Below are positions 39,201 to 52,425 of a stretch of DNA of 64,000 nucleotides, in pieces. Each line of letters starts with the position of its first letter. Position 1 is the stretch's first letter. The stretch comes from Schizochytrium sp. TIO01 (taxonomy: Eukaryota > Protista > Bigyra: Labyrinthulomycetes): NCBI GenBank assembly GCA_004764695.1, contig SMSO01000005.1:868001-932000 (forward strand), in the 5' to 3' direction. The notes beneath the pieces were generated by a model. That model saw nothing but the letters and a program-made list of their open reading frames with translations, searched no databases and had not been told where the DNA came from. Both the position numbers and the translations under genes were made by a program.

Positions 39201-42200
39201 GGAGTCTAACATTTTTGCGCGTATCTTTGCCTTTGCGAACATTTTGCCTGTATTACTAATTAATGTTGCCGTGTACATCTTAAATTGCGAATTGTGCATG
39301 TGATGAAATTACCAACTTACAGTTCACATGGATAATAGATCGCTAAGTACTGTGGCACATCTCTCTGTACGCAAGTTCTGAAAGACTACGATATGTTAAA
39401 AAGAAGAACTAAAACATTGAGATATAGATATGAGACAGGAAAGTCAAGGGACTTCCTGAGAGATAATTCTGGGCAGCTCGTTGTTGACTGTAGAGATGAA
39501 GGCAAGAGTCTTGACGAAGGCTTTAAGAAGGTTGATTTTAAGAGTTATCGAACTGCTGTCCTGGAAATGAATTCTAGGGCAGATTAACTCGTGTAGATAT
39601 TATGGAGGCTAAGACAACAATGTTAGAGATGCATGATGGGTTTTAATTAATTTAACCTCCTCAATCATCGATTCAGGTTACACCGTTACATCTAGGTAAT
39701 GTGCAATCAGACTCTGATTTCTTGACTCTGGCAGCCACATGAATCTGGCTGTCTTCTACTGCCCTATTGTAAGCCCTACGTCTGTGAGGGTTCTACAAAG
39801 GGATGCCAAGAACTTTAGCAATGTCTTGTCCACTAGTTTCTTCGATTGGAGATCTCAGCAGAACTCGAGAAAGAGAAAGCAAGCAAAATGTTCAGCATGA
39901 TTACTGTGTCTGATTTGATGATTGCGGTAATCAAGAACTTGATCATTTTTTCATTTTACAAAGTATTGCAGGGTAGCGTATACTGTGAAGCGTGCAGAGA
40001 TAGCCTGACAAGGACATAGCTGTGTATTACTTCAATACAAGGTATGGACGATATGCATCCTGAACTTGTAAATTTAATACGAACTAGTTTATTTCCTTAT
40101 TGTTTAAAGGTTAGCAAATAGAAAACACTAAGACTCGAGTTTACAAAGCCTTCCCCAGATTTATCCTAGCCCTTAAGCACATCCCCATCGTTTTATTTAC
40201 TACTCAATATCCAGTCGATCAGAATACAACTTTCAGCAACTAAAAAACTATTGAGTAGCGATTATATACCGTGATATCACCTTTTTCGCTAGTACACCAA
40301 GTCATTTCACCATATACAGCTCTTAAACACTTCAGTATGCAGAAAATATGGTCCTTCCCTTTTTCGTTACTCATCGCACGTAATTCTTTGAGCTTCTGGT
40401 TCATCCGATGTAGGACATGTATCTCAGCTAGAGGTTCCTGTGTCACTCAGTAAAGTAATATGGAAAACCTTCGTACAGCTGTCCTTCGCCTGAAAAGGCA
40501 ATAGACGACTTCATAAAAGGCTCTTGCGAATCACACAATAATCTTCACACTTGCTGAGAGCTCCAATCAAGGAACTTTGCGGATAATATTTACTAGAGCG
40601 TTTGGCAGTCCATTGTAAGTTCCCACGAATGTAGCGTTTTCATAGGAACAGCATGAGCAACCCGTGGGGCTGTGAACTCAGAGTACCCGAGAACCAAAAG
40701 TGAACATATGCATTCGTTAGAATCAAATATAAAATAATCTGAATTGATTGTTGAAGAAACAAGTTAACGTAACCTCTTCAGGTGTCTTTACTTCAGATTT
40801 AGTCTATCGTATTAGTATCGTATTTGTAGTATAGATGCAGTTCTTGTTCGGTTGAGCCACATACCAACGGTTTATTCTTCAATGCATAGCAAGATTCTAA
40901 CCATCTTTTGGCTTATTCTTTGTAGTGCATTACAACTTATGCTCTTTTGGTAGTTGGTGGGTAATACTTCTTACACAATGCTCAGTTGGATAGCAAGTAA
41001 GTGAAATGGCTTTAGTCATCATAATTCATTTCGACAACAAACTAAGCCTGCTTATTAGCTAGTAAAAACCATGTAGTGAATATCACACCTCTTCTTTCCC
41101 TGTTCTCATTAACTACGGATGCTTACATCTGTACTGAGAAAAGTTCTTTGAAGACTCTGATAAGGTATACCATCCACCACATCTCAAATTTGATTATGGA
41201 TGGAGGACATAATACTTTTGTGAAGAAGTGAAAGCGTGGTTTTGTGTTTCTATCTTCATGAATATAGAAGTATTTGTCAAAGACAACAACGCCAACTCCT
41301 AATGCTGAAAGACGAATCTTGTCAGCTTGAGAAGATAAAGGCTTTACGAATATTGGCTTCAAAATTAATGAACTACTGTCCTTGGAATTTGAGTTCCAAA
41401 ACAGACTGATCCATCTAGCATTTAAGATACTAAAGCACCTGTGGAATGTGTTAGACAGAATCGACGGGTTTAAGTTGCTTATCTCTCTAATCATCAATTC
41501 AAATTACACCATAGTTGACTCTACGAAATGTGTAGACACAATTATGGTTCTTGACTTCTTAGCCATACACGTCTAGCTGTCTAGTTATATTTTATTACAG
41601 CCCCTCTATTCATATGAGGTCTTTGCAAATAATTCTCGTCCACTGGTTCATTCAATTAGGGTTTTCAGCATCTAGCAAGATATATTCTTTACGAGGAACC
41701 TTATTAGCGCTGCCAATAAGCATGAGATTCACAATATCAACACAACTGTACGGAAATGAGTTAATCTATAAGCTGGAATGAATGCCAATGGGTAAGAATT
41801 GTACATGTAAGTTAAACATTTACCCGTAGTTGATAATTATATTCATTTTGGAGAACCATACAAGAATAAGACGTCTGCTTTACTTGCAGAAATGATTCGT
41901 TTTTGTATTGGCTTTTCTTTTTTCTTTTTTTTTTTCGAGTAGAAGAATGGGATAATCAATTGAACAAAAATGAAGCCAAGCATCGCCAGAGTCTCTGACA
42001 GTCCACTGAAACAGATGAAAAACTAAGAATGCGCTCATGAGAAGAAAAGACAATCAAAAGTTGGTTGGCAAAATCGGGAAATCAAGAACACAGGTCCATA
42101 TACACAGCTTCAAAAACATGGAACTAAGATAACCACAAACTGATGGTCGAGGTGATCAATCATATCTAACCTCCTCAGCCCTAAATAAAACACATATCAT

Positions 42201-42900
42201 TGGATTAATTTATATAAATCTATCATTCTTGCCATGATAGAATTTACTCCCTAGATCAGCAGATTGTTCACCCTAAGAAATTTTAAAACCTCTTCAACTC
42301 GTCGTCAAGTTTACACATGCCTTGCTTTTCTCTTTCTCATCAACTTCCAGCTGATTGCTAAACTACATTTTTTAGTAAAGGGTTTGAAGCAGGATGGGAC
42401 TGATTGATTCGGCACCAAAATCGAATTCCATGTTTACCTCTGTTCAAAATCTATTCGTTGACGTCAAGCATGGTTTTATAGATTATCATGAGATGTACTG
42501 ACGGTAGCGAGTATATTGCAGTTGTCATAACAGGAAAATTGAGCATACCTATACTTGAAACAATTTAGGCAGCTCCTGAAAAGAGACAAAAACTTTTACG
42601 ATTGAAGGAATCGTTGTAGATAGTTATCTTTGGTTGATGCCAGTAGTGCATTGGAAAGACGTATGGAAGGGAAACTAGATCACAACGTATCTTTTCTATG
42701 CACTTAACGAATTGGTTGAAGTTGTGCATTTTAATTTCAACAACTTAGAGAATGAAATACTACGAGTTCTCCTATCAGTAAAACTCAACATCGTCTATCA
42801 CCTTGAATGTACCGGCATACACCATGCTATAACTAGACCTAGACCAACACTCGTGTGTTTAGTGCCAACAAAGGCATCTCTGAATGTGCTTGAATAGGAT
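36300..42900 (+). pseudogene. Decayed large gene(s) or foreign insert of unknown family
   Basis: The region has no microsatellites and lower GC than the flanks. Protein-like + strand segments are broken by stops and frameshifts, e.g. IDETLKSKELMDRTLAEF (~36940), DFLRDNSGQLVVDCRDEGKSLDEGFKKVDFKSYRTAVLEM (~39450), ISAELEKEKASKMFSMITVSDLMIAVIKNL (~39850), NELLSLEFEFQNRLIHLAFKILKHLWNVLDRI (~41370). Boundaries are approximate. Confidence 0.5.
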
Positions 42901-43730
42901 TGGGTATGATAATTATCGAGAAAGGAAGCAAGATTAAAGAAAAATGAAAAATGAAATATCTAAACTAACCCCTTTTCTTCGAAACTAAAATACAAGCTAG
43001 CAGTGGCAGGTATAATGTTTTAAAAGAAAAGTCACCGTAAGAATTTAGTAAAGGCTAGCTGACAAGATCACATGTGTTCTGCGAATAATGTATTTTTAAA
43101 AAGAGGGGAAAAGACAGTGAGTAAAACAGGTAAGGCTTACAGCTCAATTTTGTTAGTAACCTAATATGGTGCATGTGTCGAAGAAGTAGTATGGACAATG
43201 ATCTTCCAGTCGTGATCATGTAAACAATGACAATAGTTCCATGCTACCATGTTTTAAAGGGCTCCGAAGGTTTTCTTTCAACCAACACAAAGGTAACAAG
43301 ATGTGGATGATGAGTCCTATTTAAACCAGTTTATGTGTGGTTTGGATCCGCACGGTGGTCCAAAAGGCTTAACTAAAACGCTCGGAAGAGGAGAGGCAAA
43401 TAAAATTAAGAGAGATCAAAGGCTCGCTCGCTGACGCGGTTCGGGCTTACATATACTGTTTCGGTGTATTACTAGAATAGAGCGTTAGAGGTAACATAGC
43501 TTGAGCTTGATTCATCATGCATGCATACATGGGTGGCTGCATGCGGAGCAGGTTGCTACTGCCTCATGAGCTCTGGCTATTATCGTCAACGACGGCATCG
43601 TCGTTGAGATGGAATGTTGGGGCGGAGGAAGGGTATGTCGGCGGGGGTGTTCTTGTCAAGTTGTTTGAGGATGGGAATTAAAGTTAGCTTTGCACATACA
43701 TGTACGTTTGTGGTCATGGTTTGTTTGTGC

Positions 43731-44438
43731 TTAGGCCAAGATGGCCTGGGAAAAGAGAACCATGCTGGCACCCATAAGGTAGTGGTACCAGTTGATGCGG
43801 CGCATGCCGAAGATGTTGCGCTTGGCGTCGGGGCCGATGATGAGTCCTGCGGTGGAGAACGCGGCAACTGCAGCGACAGCCTCAGTGTTCTCGAGGTTCT
43901 CAGCGTAGAGAATAGCGCCCATGGAGGCAACGCCAACGAGGATCTCGTAAGCGCGCTGGACGCCGTAAGAGATGTCCGGCATGCGGCTCACAACGGCGCT
44001 GGTGGTCACGGCCATGGCGAGCTTGAAGGGGAAACCGGTGTTGTCCACGTCAAGGTAGGCAGGCCAGAAGCGGTGGGCACGAAGGAAGCCCAAGCTGATC
44101 ATGGGCACACCAACGCGAGCGGCGTACTCGCTCCAGAGCTCGTTGGCATCTGCGAAGTAGGTCGGGGCCAAGCCGAAGCGGAGGGTGCTGAGAGTGGAGG
44201 CGAGGGCGATAGCACCAAAGCCGAGAGCCATGTCGGGGCGGCCCTTCTCAACAGCAACGTTGGTGGCGAACCAACCGCAAGCGGCGTTCACAGCCGAGGA
44301 GAGCGCAATGCCCTTGGAGCTCTTGAACTTCTTGGCGGCGCCCACATCAGGGGTCATGTAACCGGGGATCGGCTCAGCGATGCCACGGCTGGAGCTCTCG
44401 TGTGCCGAGAGGGCGGTCTTGTCCACGTTCTGGGTCAT
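43731..44438 (-). CDS. Multi-pass membrane protein, TMEM276-like (235 aa)
   Basis: ATG-initiated ORF with the same strong C/G-ending codon bias as the enolase and about 6-7 hydrophobic segments. The pattern ALS..V.....A......R...A.GF...LA.T...G...A..G.P.....F and the C-terminal N......A....AGL......R.......NWYHYL....L...A parallel my recollection of the TMEM276 family. Confidence 0.75.
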   Translation of the reverse strand: MTQNVDKTALSAHESSSRGIAEPIPGYMTPDVGAAKKFKSSKGIALSSAVNAACGWFATNVAVEKGRPDMALGFGAIALASTLSTLRFGLAPTYFADANELWSEYAARVGVPMISLGFLRAHRFWPAYLDVDNTGFPFKLAMAVTTSAVVSRMPDISYGVQRAYEILVGVASMGAILYAENLENTEAVAAVAAFSTAGLIIGPDAKRNIFGMRRINWYHYLMGASMVLFSQAILA

Positions 44439-45437
44439 CCTGTCTTTGTGTTGGTGCTCGAAAGCTGTCCGATAAAAGTGCTTCTGCCTGAAGGAGTTCT
44501 GGATTTGCTGACGATCTCATTTCTTTGTTGCAAATTGCATTCTTTTTTATTCTTTTCAATTCCTTCTTTTAGCTTCTTTTCTCTTTTATTCATACAAAAA
44601 TATAACATGCCTACCGTATAACTAATATACACATGCTACAGCACTACACAAATGAAAGTAGTGTGTCTTTCTCACAAAAACAGATAAACATTATTTTAAA
44701 AAAATAAATTTTAAATAATAAAATAAATACAAATAAAAACAAAAAACAAAAAACAAAAAACAAAAACTTTCGTGTTAGAGCAATGCTTCTCGAGCGATCT
44801 CTGCCGCATAATTCCACGGCCCTTTGCCAGATCATCGCGTCTGCGATCTTAGCAGCTCGTCTTCAGGCATGCCTCAGTAAGGACCTGCACCCTGCTCCCC
44901 GTGCCTTCTAGACCTCCTCTGCGCTTCATAATTGCCGTTCACAGCGCTGCCCTGAAGATTCTTCCTCCCTCCTCGTTCTTCCCCTTATCGACCTTCTCTA
45001 CTCTGCCCCCATCCCCCTCAGCAGAACTTCCGTGGGCCCAAGCCGCCTCCTAACGTAAACCCTAGCCTTTCTTCAGCGAGCCCCGCGAGCACTTCGGACG
45101 CCCTGCTTCGATATTTATGATTACTGTTGAGTGTCTGTCCTCTTTCTAAGCTGGTGCTATTGTTTAGGCTATGTTTCCTCTTGTTTCTTGCCATGTTTGG
45201 AGGTTTGGTTTTGATTTTGAAATGGTTTCAAAGAGAAGTGAATACGTTATTTAGGCTGTGCTTGTTCATATTCCATTAGTATCCAGGCTGTCATGTTCAA
45301 TTTAAAACAGAAAAAAGAAAAAGAAAAAAAAGAAGTTAACTAAAAATGAATGTTTCTTCTTTCTAAGTTAAATATTTGAAGAAAAATAAAATAAAACCGG
45401 ATTGAATATTTATATATATATACATTTGTGAATGAGT

Positions 45438-45513
45438 AAATGAATAAATGAATAAATGAATAAATGAATAAATGAATAAATGAATAAATGAATAAATGAA
45501 TAAATGAATAAAT
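45438..45513 (+). repeat. (TGAATAAA)n octanucleotide repeat
   Basis: About 9 tandem units. A shorter degenerate array of the same unit lies at ~50540-50595. Confidence 0.93.
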
Positions 45514-48500
45514 GATTATGTAAAACCATCTCGCTCCCTTGCCGCTCCGCTGCTCCTGGTCCTGCTGCTGTTGCATCAGCAGCATCAGAAACGACGCAAA
45601 AGCAGAGACTGGCAGGCAGAGTGGCATCCCTGGAGCTCCTGCTCTGCGCCACGCTCCAGTCTCAAAAGCCAAAGCGTACACAGCACAGGGCATAGAAGCG
45701 AACGGGAGGTGGCCGCTGGATTCGTTTGATAACGCAAGCATGATCGCGCACACACGTGCTTCGCGCTTTGGCCCCCTCCCTGCTTAAGTTTGTATGAAAG
45801 TCTCAGGAGCAGCAGGTCATAATCTACCATACCCCCCTCTCATAATGACATCAGCACAAGATGCCATCCTTGCGGAAGCACGCGATTTTCACAGCACAGC
45901 ACAAGGCAGGTGGACAGGTTACTAGTAGGCCGAAGCTGTTTCTCTTCGCCTGCTCAGGAGGGTGCTCGCCCGCTCGCCCGCTCACTCACTCAGTCACCCA
46001 TACTAATTTATACACACACGCACACACACTCTCTCTTTCGCCGCTGCATTTCCTCGGCCTGCGAGGAGACGAGGAGACGCGCTGCACAATGACAACAACT
46101 ACGTCTGGAGCCCTGTTATCTATCGCTGCCAATCTTCAAGAAGCTTCATTTCTTTTCTCTCGTGTTCCTTGAAACCAAATCTTCGATGAGCTATATAAAC
46201 ACCGTCTTTTGATTTGACTCAGGTCTCATCGAAAACTTACATTCGTACTGACTTACTTACTTACTTACTTCGAAACGATGCTACGTTGGAACAGTTTCCG
46301 TGAATGGGCTCACGCACGGAGCGTCTTTGAAGAGCCTCTCCCTACGCTTCGGCACTGCGTTTAATCAAGGACCAAACCTCGCCAGCTTGCACTCTGTTTG
46401 ATGTGCTGCTGATGTCTTGACAAAAAACGAATTGGCGCTCCAGATCAAGCACAGTCTTTCGGCTACAGGAATAATCACTCCAAGTCAGCAACAAAAGCTA
46501 GAAACCAAAAACTCAAGCAAGCAAGCAAGCAACAGCATTGCAGCATAATGGCCAAGAGCCAAGAAGAGCGAAGAACAATCGAAAGCGGAGTTTCAACTTC
46601 TCCGCGCTCACATGCTAACTAATACGGTGAGCTGCTGGCTAATCGCAGGCGCTGGCAAATCTACTCTACACATCCAAAAGAGAACACGTTCACGACGTAG
46701 ATTGTCAAGAAACGTTGAACCTCCGCACCGAGAAGAGATCAAATCAAGAAATGCGGAAAGAACTACAGCTACCTGATCTCCTGATTTGCTGAGCTGCAAT
46801 GCCGGTCGGAGAGCCAAGATTGCCAAGAAGAAGGTAGCCGAGTAGAGGTTGGTTATCCATCCTCTGCAGGCATTTGGGCAGGGAAGCTTCACTAGTTTGG
46901 CCGACCTGCCGCAGACTCGTGTCGCTCAAAGTGAGCGAGGCGAGCTCTGTTGGTTGCTTGTGAAGTCCAAGACAAAGCAGCCGCCAAATTGCCAAAGCGG
47001 CCAGTGAGTGAGCGCTCACGATGACTCGAAGTCCTGCAGCCCAGCTTTGGCGAGGGTCTGCGAGATGTGGCAAATGGTGGAGGGATTGCACACATTTGGG
47101 CAATCGATCGCTCACTCGTGGAATGAATACCAATCAGGAGGTAGGTAGTAGGTACCTACTGGAACGAGCTTGGGCCCAGAGCGCAGAAGCCTCCACACCG
47201 ACCGGATGATGATGCTGACCGTCGGCCTTTCGGGGAATCACAGCAAGAGCGGCAACCTCGAGGGATCATTCCATCCATCGAGCCCATGAAGATTGACTTC
47301 CAAAGCTCTCTTTGGTTCTGTGGCTTCGCGCCGAGAAAGAAATTGCACTAGGTAGCTAGTTACCCACTCGTCTCAGGCGGACGTCACCGGGTTCGCTGCC
47401 CAATGCGCACAACAATCAGCTAGAAAAACCTGCAAACCAGGCAAACAAATAAACGAATAAACAAACAAACAAACAAACAAACTCCTGCCGACTCACGGTA
47501 TTCAGAAAGTACGATGTGCAATGACTCTTCCAGAGATGGTGACCACGCACAAGGCAAAGCAAGTCTTCTGTTGATCGATCAATCAATCAATCAATCAATC
47601 AATGCATGAATCAATGCATGAATCAATCAATCAACCAATGAATATTCAGAATGCCAGCGTGGAGGATAGTAACCGAGGCTTTCTATGTACGTGTGATGCA
47701 TCCATCCAGGCATGTGGTCTCTACCTACATACAGCGCACCGTCCACCAAGTTGCGCCGTTATCTGTGAACCTCTCCTCCAAGTTCAAGTTCGCCATTACA
47801 GTCGTACAACAACAACAACAACACCAACAACAACACAAACTGCATTCCCACTCCACTCCAACTCGCTTCGAGACCACTTGAGATGGATGCATCACTCCTC
47901 CTTCTTTCGAAATCAAATCGAGACCCTCAGATGTGTATCTTCTATGCATACATAGCCCACTCTTCGCACACACAGCACAACACAACGCAATACAACACAA
48001 GACAACACACGCGGCAACAGCTAAGGAGCGCCTGGCGTACGTCAGCATCGATCGGCCCGCGTAATGTTGGTGTAAGTAAAGAAAGCGCCAATTTCTTCGA
48101 GCTCGGTGGCGCAGCAGGTTTTCACAAGCCACCCCCACTCCTCACCAAATAAAATAAACATCACGAGAAGCAAAAGCCTTCTCGTTATCGCCAGAGATGA
48201 TGAATGAGGTCGGTGGCGAACCTTGGAGGTAGTAGAAGCAAGGATCAGCAGAGGTGTGATGTTTTCTTTGTCGTCATGAAAATCCATCGAACTTACCAAT
48301 GATATGATGATACTGTGAGAAGAATGGCAAAGGAGGTAGGCGTAGTGGCTAAGTGTGAATGAATGCGTGAATGAATTGAGGATCGAAGAAGTCCTTCTGA
48401 TGCGATGTGTTGACTCATAGCTCTTCTTACATCGAGGATTGATTCCTTCCGCAGTCTTCGCGAAGAAGAAGAAGAACAACAACAACATCAAGAAGAAGAG

Positions 48501-49940
48501 GTCAGTCGGTCAGCCAGCCTGTCTGACTAGCCACCCACCCAGCCATCCAGCCAGCCAGCCAACTTGCTAATCGCATCCGTTGTTGCGGCGGCACTGAATG
48601 GTCGTCGTCTTCATCGACGCCAGGACCGAACATGGCTTCGACTGCTGTTGGGCAGCACAGGCGGCAGAAATCTAAAGAACCCACTAACTAAGCTGCAAGC
48701 AAATGCTGCTCACTCACAGGTCTGAACTGTACTTTTACAAATTATCTGTATTTCATAAATCATACCATCCATAAAAGTACAGAAAGAAAAGCACTTTGTT
48801 CGTGTGCATGCACTCTAAAGCGCTGTTGCTTGGCTTGCCCCGAATACCAAGGTCACCAGCCAGCTTGAAGCTGGAGAAGCGAGAAATACGAGGTCCGCCA
48901 CGCTAACTCCGCCCAAAGGAGCGTCTCAAATGCTTAAGCTAACTCAGAGCGCGGTATGATAGCAAGTTTTTACTTTATTTTTACTTATTATCTCTGTATT
49001 TAGCTTTTTCAAGATATAATGTTTTAAAATTGTAATTAACTAATTTTTTCAAATAGGAAAATCATTCCTTTTTTATTTTATTTTTTAAATGTATGTAACA
49101 AAATCCAGAAAAAGGTATGTATCATGTGATTGTGTGATGAGTAAGACAGAACACTACCAAAGTGCTAGTGACGAGGATGATTTGGTCTCAAGCAATGGCG
49201 CTCCAGTCGTCATCATACGCATACTACTCATCCTTGAAGCAGCCATACATGCATGCGTCGCGGTGTATTCTTTGCTATGTGGAAATGAATGCCTTGAGGC
49301 AAAGTAACGCCCACCTTGAAAAATATCTGCGACACACACGACTCCGCTGACCTGGATAAACTCAGGAACACCTGCATCGACTGTATCTAATTGAGTCCAA
49401 CTCGTTGCGGTTCTCGAGTGTTTGTCTCTTTGCAAGCTAAGAAGGGAGGTACCTCCAAATGGTGATGATCTTCGCCATCATCATCATCATCAACAATTCA
49501 ACACCATTTGGGGCACACCCGTCAGTGCACACCCAATATTGCGCAATGCTCAACAAGCTAAAACATTTGCAAAATATCTATCTTCAGCACGCTCGAGTCT
49601 GGCTGCCACAGCCTGGCATTGCCCTCACTCAGTCCCGCCGGCAGCTGCGCCATCTTCTCTCTTCCTCGTACCACCAAGGAAACCCCACAAGCCTGGGCTA
49701 CTGTTCAACCTGTTGTCGGCGATGCCGACGGCCTCGAGGTCTTCGAGAGCGGCGCCGACCTTATGCAGGCACTCTCTGAACCGTAGTATGCGACCATTGC
49801 GCAATCATCAGGTAGTCCTCTGAGGGGGGGCATTCCAAACCTTTATGCTGTGCAAAAGAAACCTCCAAGGCTCCTTTTTATCCATTTACTTTGATTTAAA
49901 ATAGTTTTTATTTTTTATTTTAAATAATTTATTATTAAAA

Positions 49941-49971
<31 letters not shown>

Positions 49972-50846
49972 AATACATAATTATTGAAACGAAACTGAAG
50001 ATCAGGGAAAATGTGCCTCTGCGTGTTACTGCCTTGGCCATGACAGCTACGAAGAAAGCGTTTGCTCGTTCGTGTCTAAGCGTCAGGGTCACGGACCCGT
50101 ACCTATATTGTCGTCGAGGTTCTTTCGTTCGTGGCAGAACAGGAGCTGATAACAATGCTGAGAGAGACGGCACCAGCGAGGCTCTCACCCGAAGAAATTT
50201 GTTCGACAAGTTTTCCAATCTCATCATAGGTGGATAGATAGATACTGGTATCCTTTTTCTTTTTCTTTCCCTTCGGTGCCTGAAAGAAAGAAAGAAAGAA
50301 AGAATATTTATACTCGGAGAAGTAGATTATAAACCCAGCGCGAATAAATAACTGCTCGGCGACTATGCACAGACCAACCCGAAGAAGCGGCCCAGCCTCG
50401 CGCAAAAGTGACTTGCGACGTAGGCGGTTCCCTCCATATAACGCTGCTGCACCAGCCACCTTCAACTCAGCTTAAAGTTGGCTGGTCGTCTCACTGTTTC
50501 TTCGAAGACCTTTTACAAACACAAATAAACGAATGACTAAATGAGCAAATGAACAAATGAATAAATGAATAAATGAATAAATGAATAAATGAATAGCCAC
50601 CAACCTAACACTAAGTGCAGTTGAAAGCTTAGACTGCTTTCTTCCTCAAGTCCGAAGCTCGAAGGATCTACGTTTCTTTCTGCAGGCCCCATGCCCAAAT
50701 CAGAGCTTATGCACAACTCCCTCGAGTTTGTTTACGCACAAGTCGCAGATACCTAGCTAGATACACGCATCGACATCTGCAAGAGATATCGAGATTCATA
50801 TGATGCTGTAGTATCTTTTTTCTTCGGAGTTCGATCATTCGTTCCC

Positions 50847-50877
<31 letters not shown>

Positions 50878-51899
50878 TTCATTCATCCATTTCTTTATCT
50901 CTTCCTTTCTCTTCTCTTCTGATCGTCAAATTAACCAAATCAATCGCTTCGATGGTTTTCACTCCCTGAGGTGATTGACAAAGCAGCTCTTCCGACTGCG
51001 CCATTCTGCCTCGCTTTGCGGCGTTACGCCAGGCCTATGGAGTTGAAACCGACTCCGGCTTTCACCCTCTCACTCAGCTGGGGAGGTTGAAGCCCCAGTA
51101 GTCCGTTGCGATGGAGGATTTGGAGCGCAGGTGGCACCATTTCCAACGCCTAAGCACAGTAGCTGGCAAGCTCTCTATAAAAGACCTCTCCAGCTCGATC
51201 CGTAAGACCCGGTTGCAATATCAACGCCAGCTAAATGAAGCATCCTCTGTCGCCTACGTACGCTAAGAGCTGACTCGGGCTTGTTGTCTTCTGGCCGAAG
51301 CCCGCTGGATGGAGTTCCCACGGACGACCTCTCAGAGGGTTCCAACTCCACGATGGATGGAAGCTCATGGATGGACAGAGGCTGAGAAAACCCGGACAGT
51401 CTCGTAGCTTCTGTTTTCTCTACGTTCCCTGCCTGACCTCCTCTGCCAAGCTTCTTGAATACATAGTTCTTGCCCGCACACCCTTGCAGCTTTCCATTTT
51501 GCTTGTAGATTAGCTTGTTAACGAATGGGCTTGTAAATTAGATTTTTGAGCAAAACAGCTATCTTCAAAAGAAAGACATCTTAGCAAATTGTTCTGATTA
51601 AATGTACTATACCATTTCAATTCCTCTATAACTATTCCCCGCAAGGATCCTCCTAGCCTAGTCCCAACACAAACATTAAAGTATGCGCATAACACATGGA
51701 TGGTGTTAACTTCATGTGAGAGTCATGAGATAGGACTTACATTTGCACCTCTGGAACCAAAGGATAAACTTACCGAGGCCCTGCACGTGCCCGAAGACGC
51801 TCAGAGACCATGAATCACTGCAAGTAACCTGCATTTGTAATCTGACTTAAACGAAATGAAGAATATTAGTAAAGTGATTATTTCCATTGAAGCTGTGAG

Positions 51900-52425
51900 A
51901 CTATATAGACATTAGATGATCATGAATCTGGGAGAGCGGTACACTCACAAAAAGAGGTGAAACTGTAAAGTATGGGGAAAAGAATAGAGGTGTAGTTTTT
52001 TACAATAGCCAGCATTCTACAAATTTCTGAAGTGAACGACAACGATTGGTTTGAAAGTGGTAACTCAGATAGACATCTTTGCTCCAGTGGATAATGTTTG
52101 CCAAATACTCTTCTATAAAACATATTTTGATTTTTACCACTTTGCTTTGTTTCTGCATGAAAAGCACTTTGTTCATTTTTTAAATAGACTGAGCGTAGTT
52201 CGGCAGATACGCATTGACATGGATTACAAAAAAGGTGTTCTGTCTGGAGCAGTTCCAAGCTCTATAAGAGTACAAAAGTGCAATGAGCAGTACGGCACGT
52301 GTCTCAAAGCAATGGATCTATTTGTAAACAAGTTTAATGTTTTTTGTTCAACTCCAAAGCACCAGTTTTATTCCCTTTCCAGCCCCGGCATCAAACCTAA
52401 TAGTAGTCATTTACTGAACAACTAG
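51900..52425 (+). pseudogene. Possible START/SRPBCC-fold gene remnant
   Basis: The fragments LDDHESGRAVHSQKEVKL* and KVVTQIDIFAPVDNVCQIL resemble the N-terminal strands and helix of START/SRPBCC proteins. They are interrupted by stops and a frameshift and lie in a microsatellite-free, lower-GC patch. Confidence 0.28.

Noticed and set aside
43614-44621. 335-aa + strand ORF
   Set aside because: Antisense shadow of the TMEM276-like gene, with the G/H/V/E-rich composition typical of such shadows.
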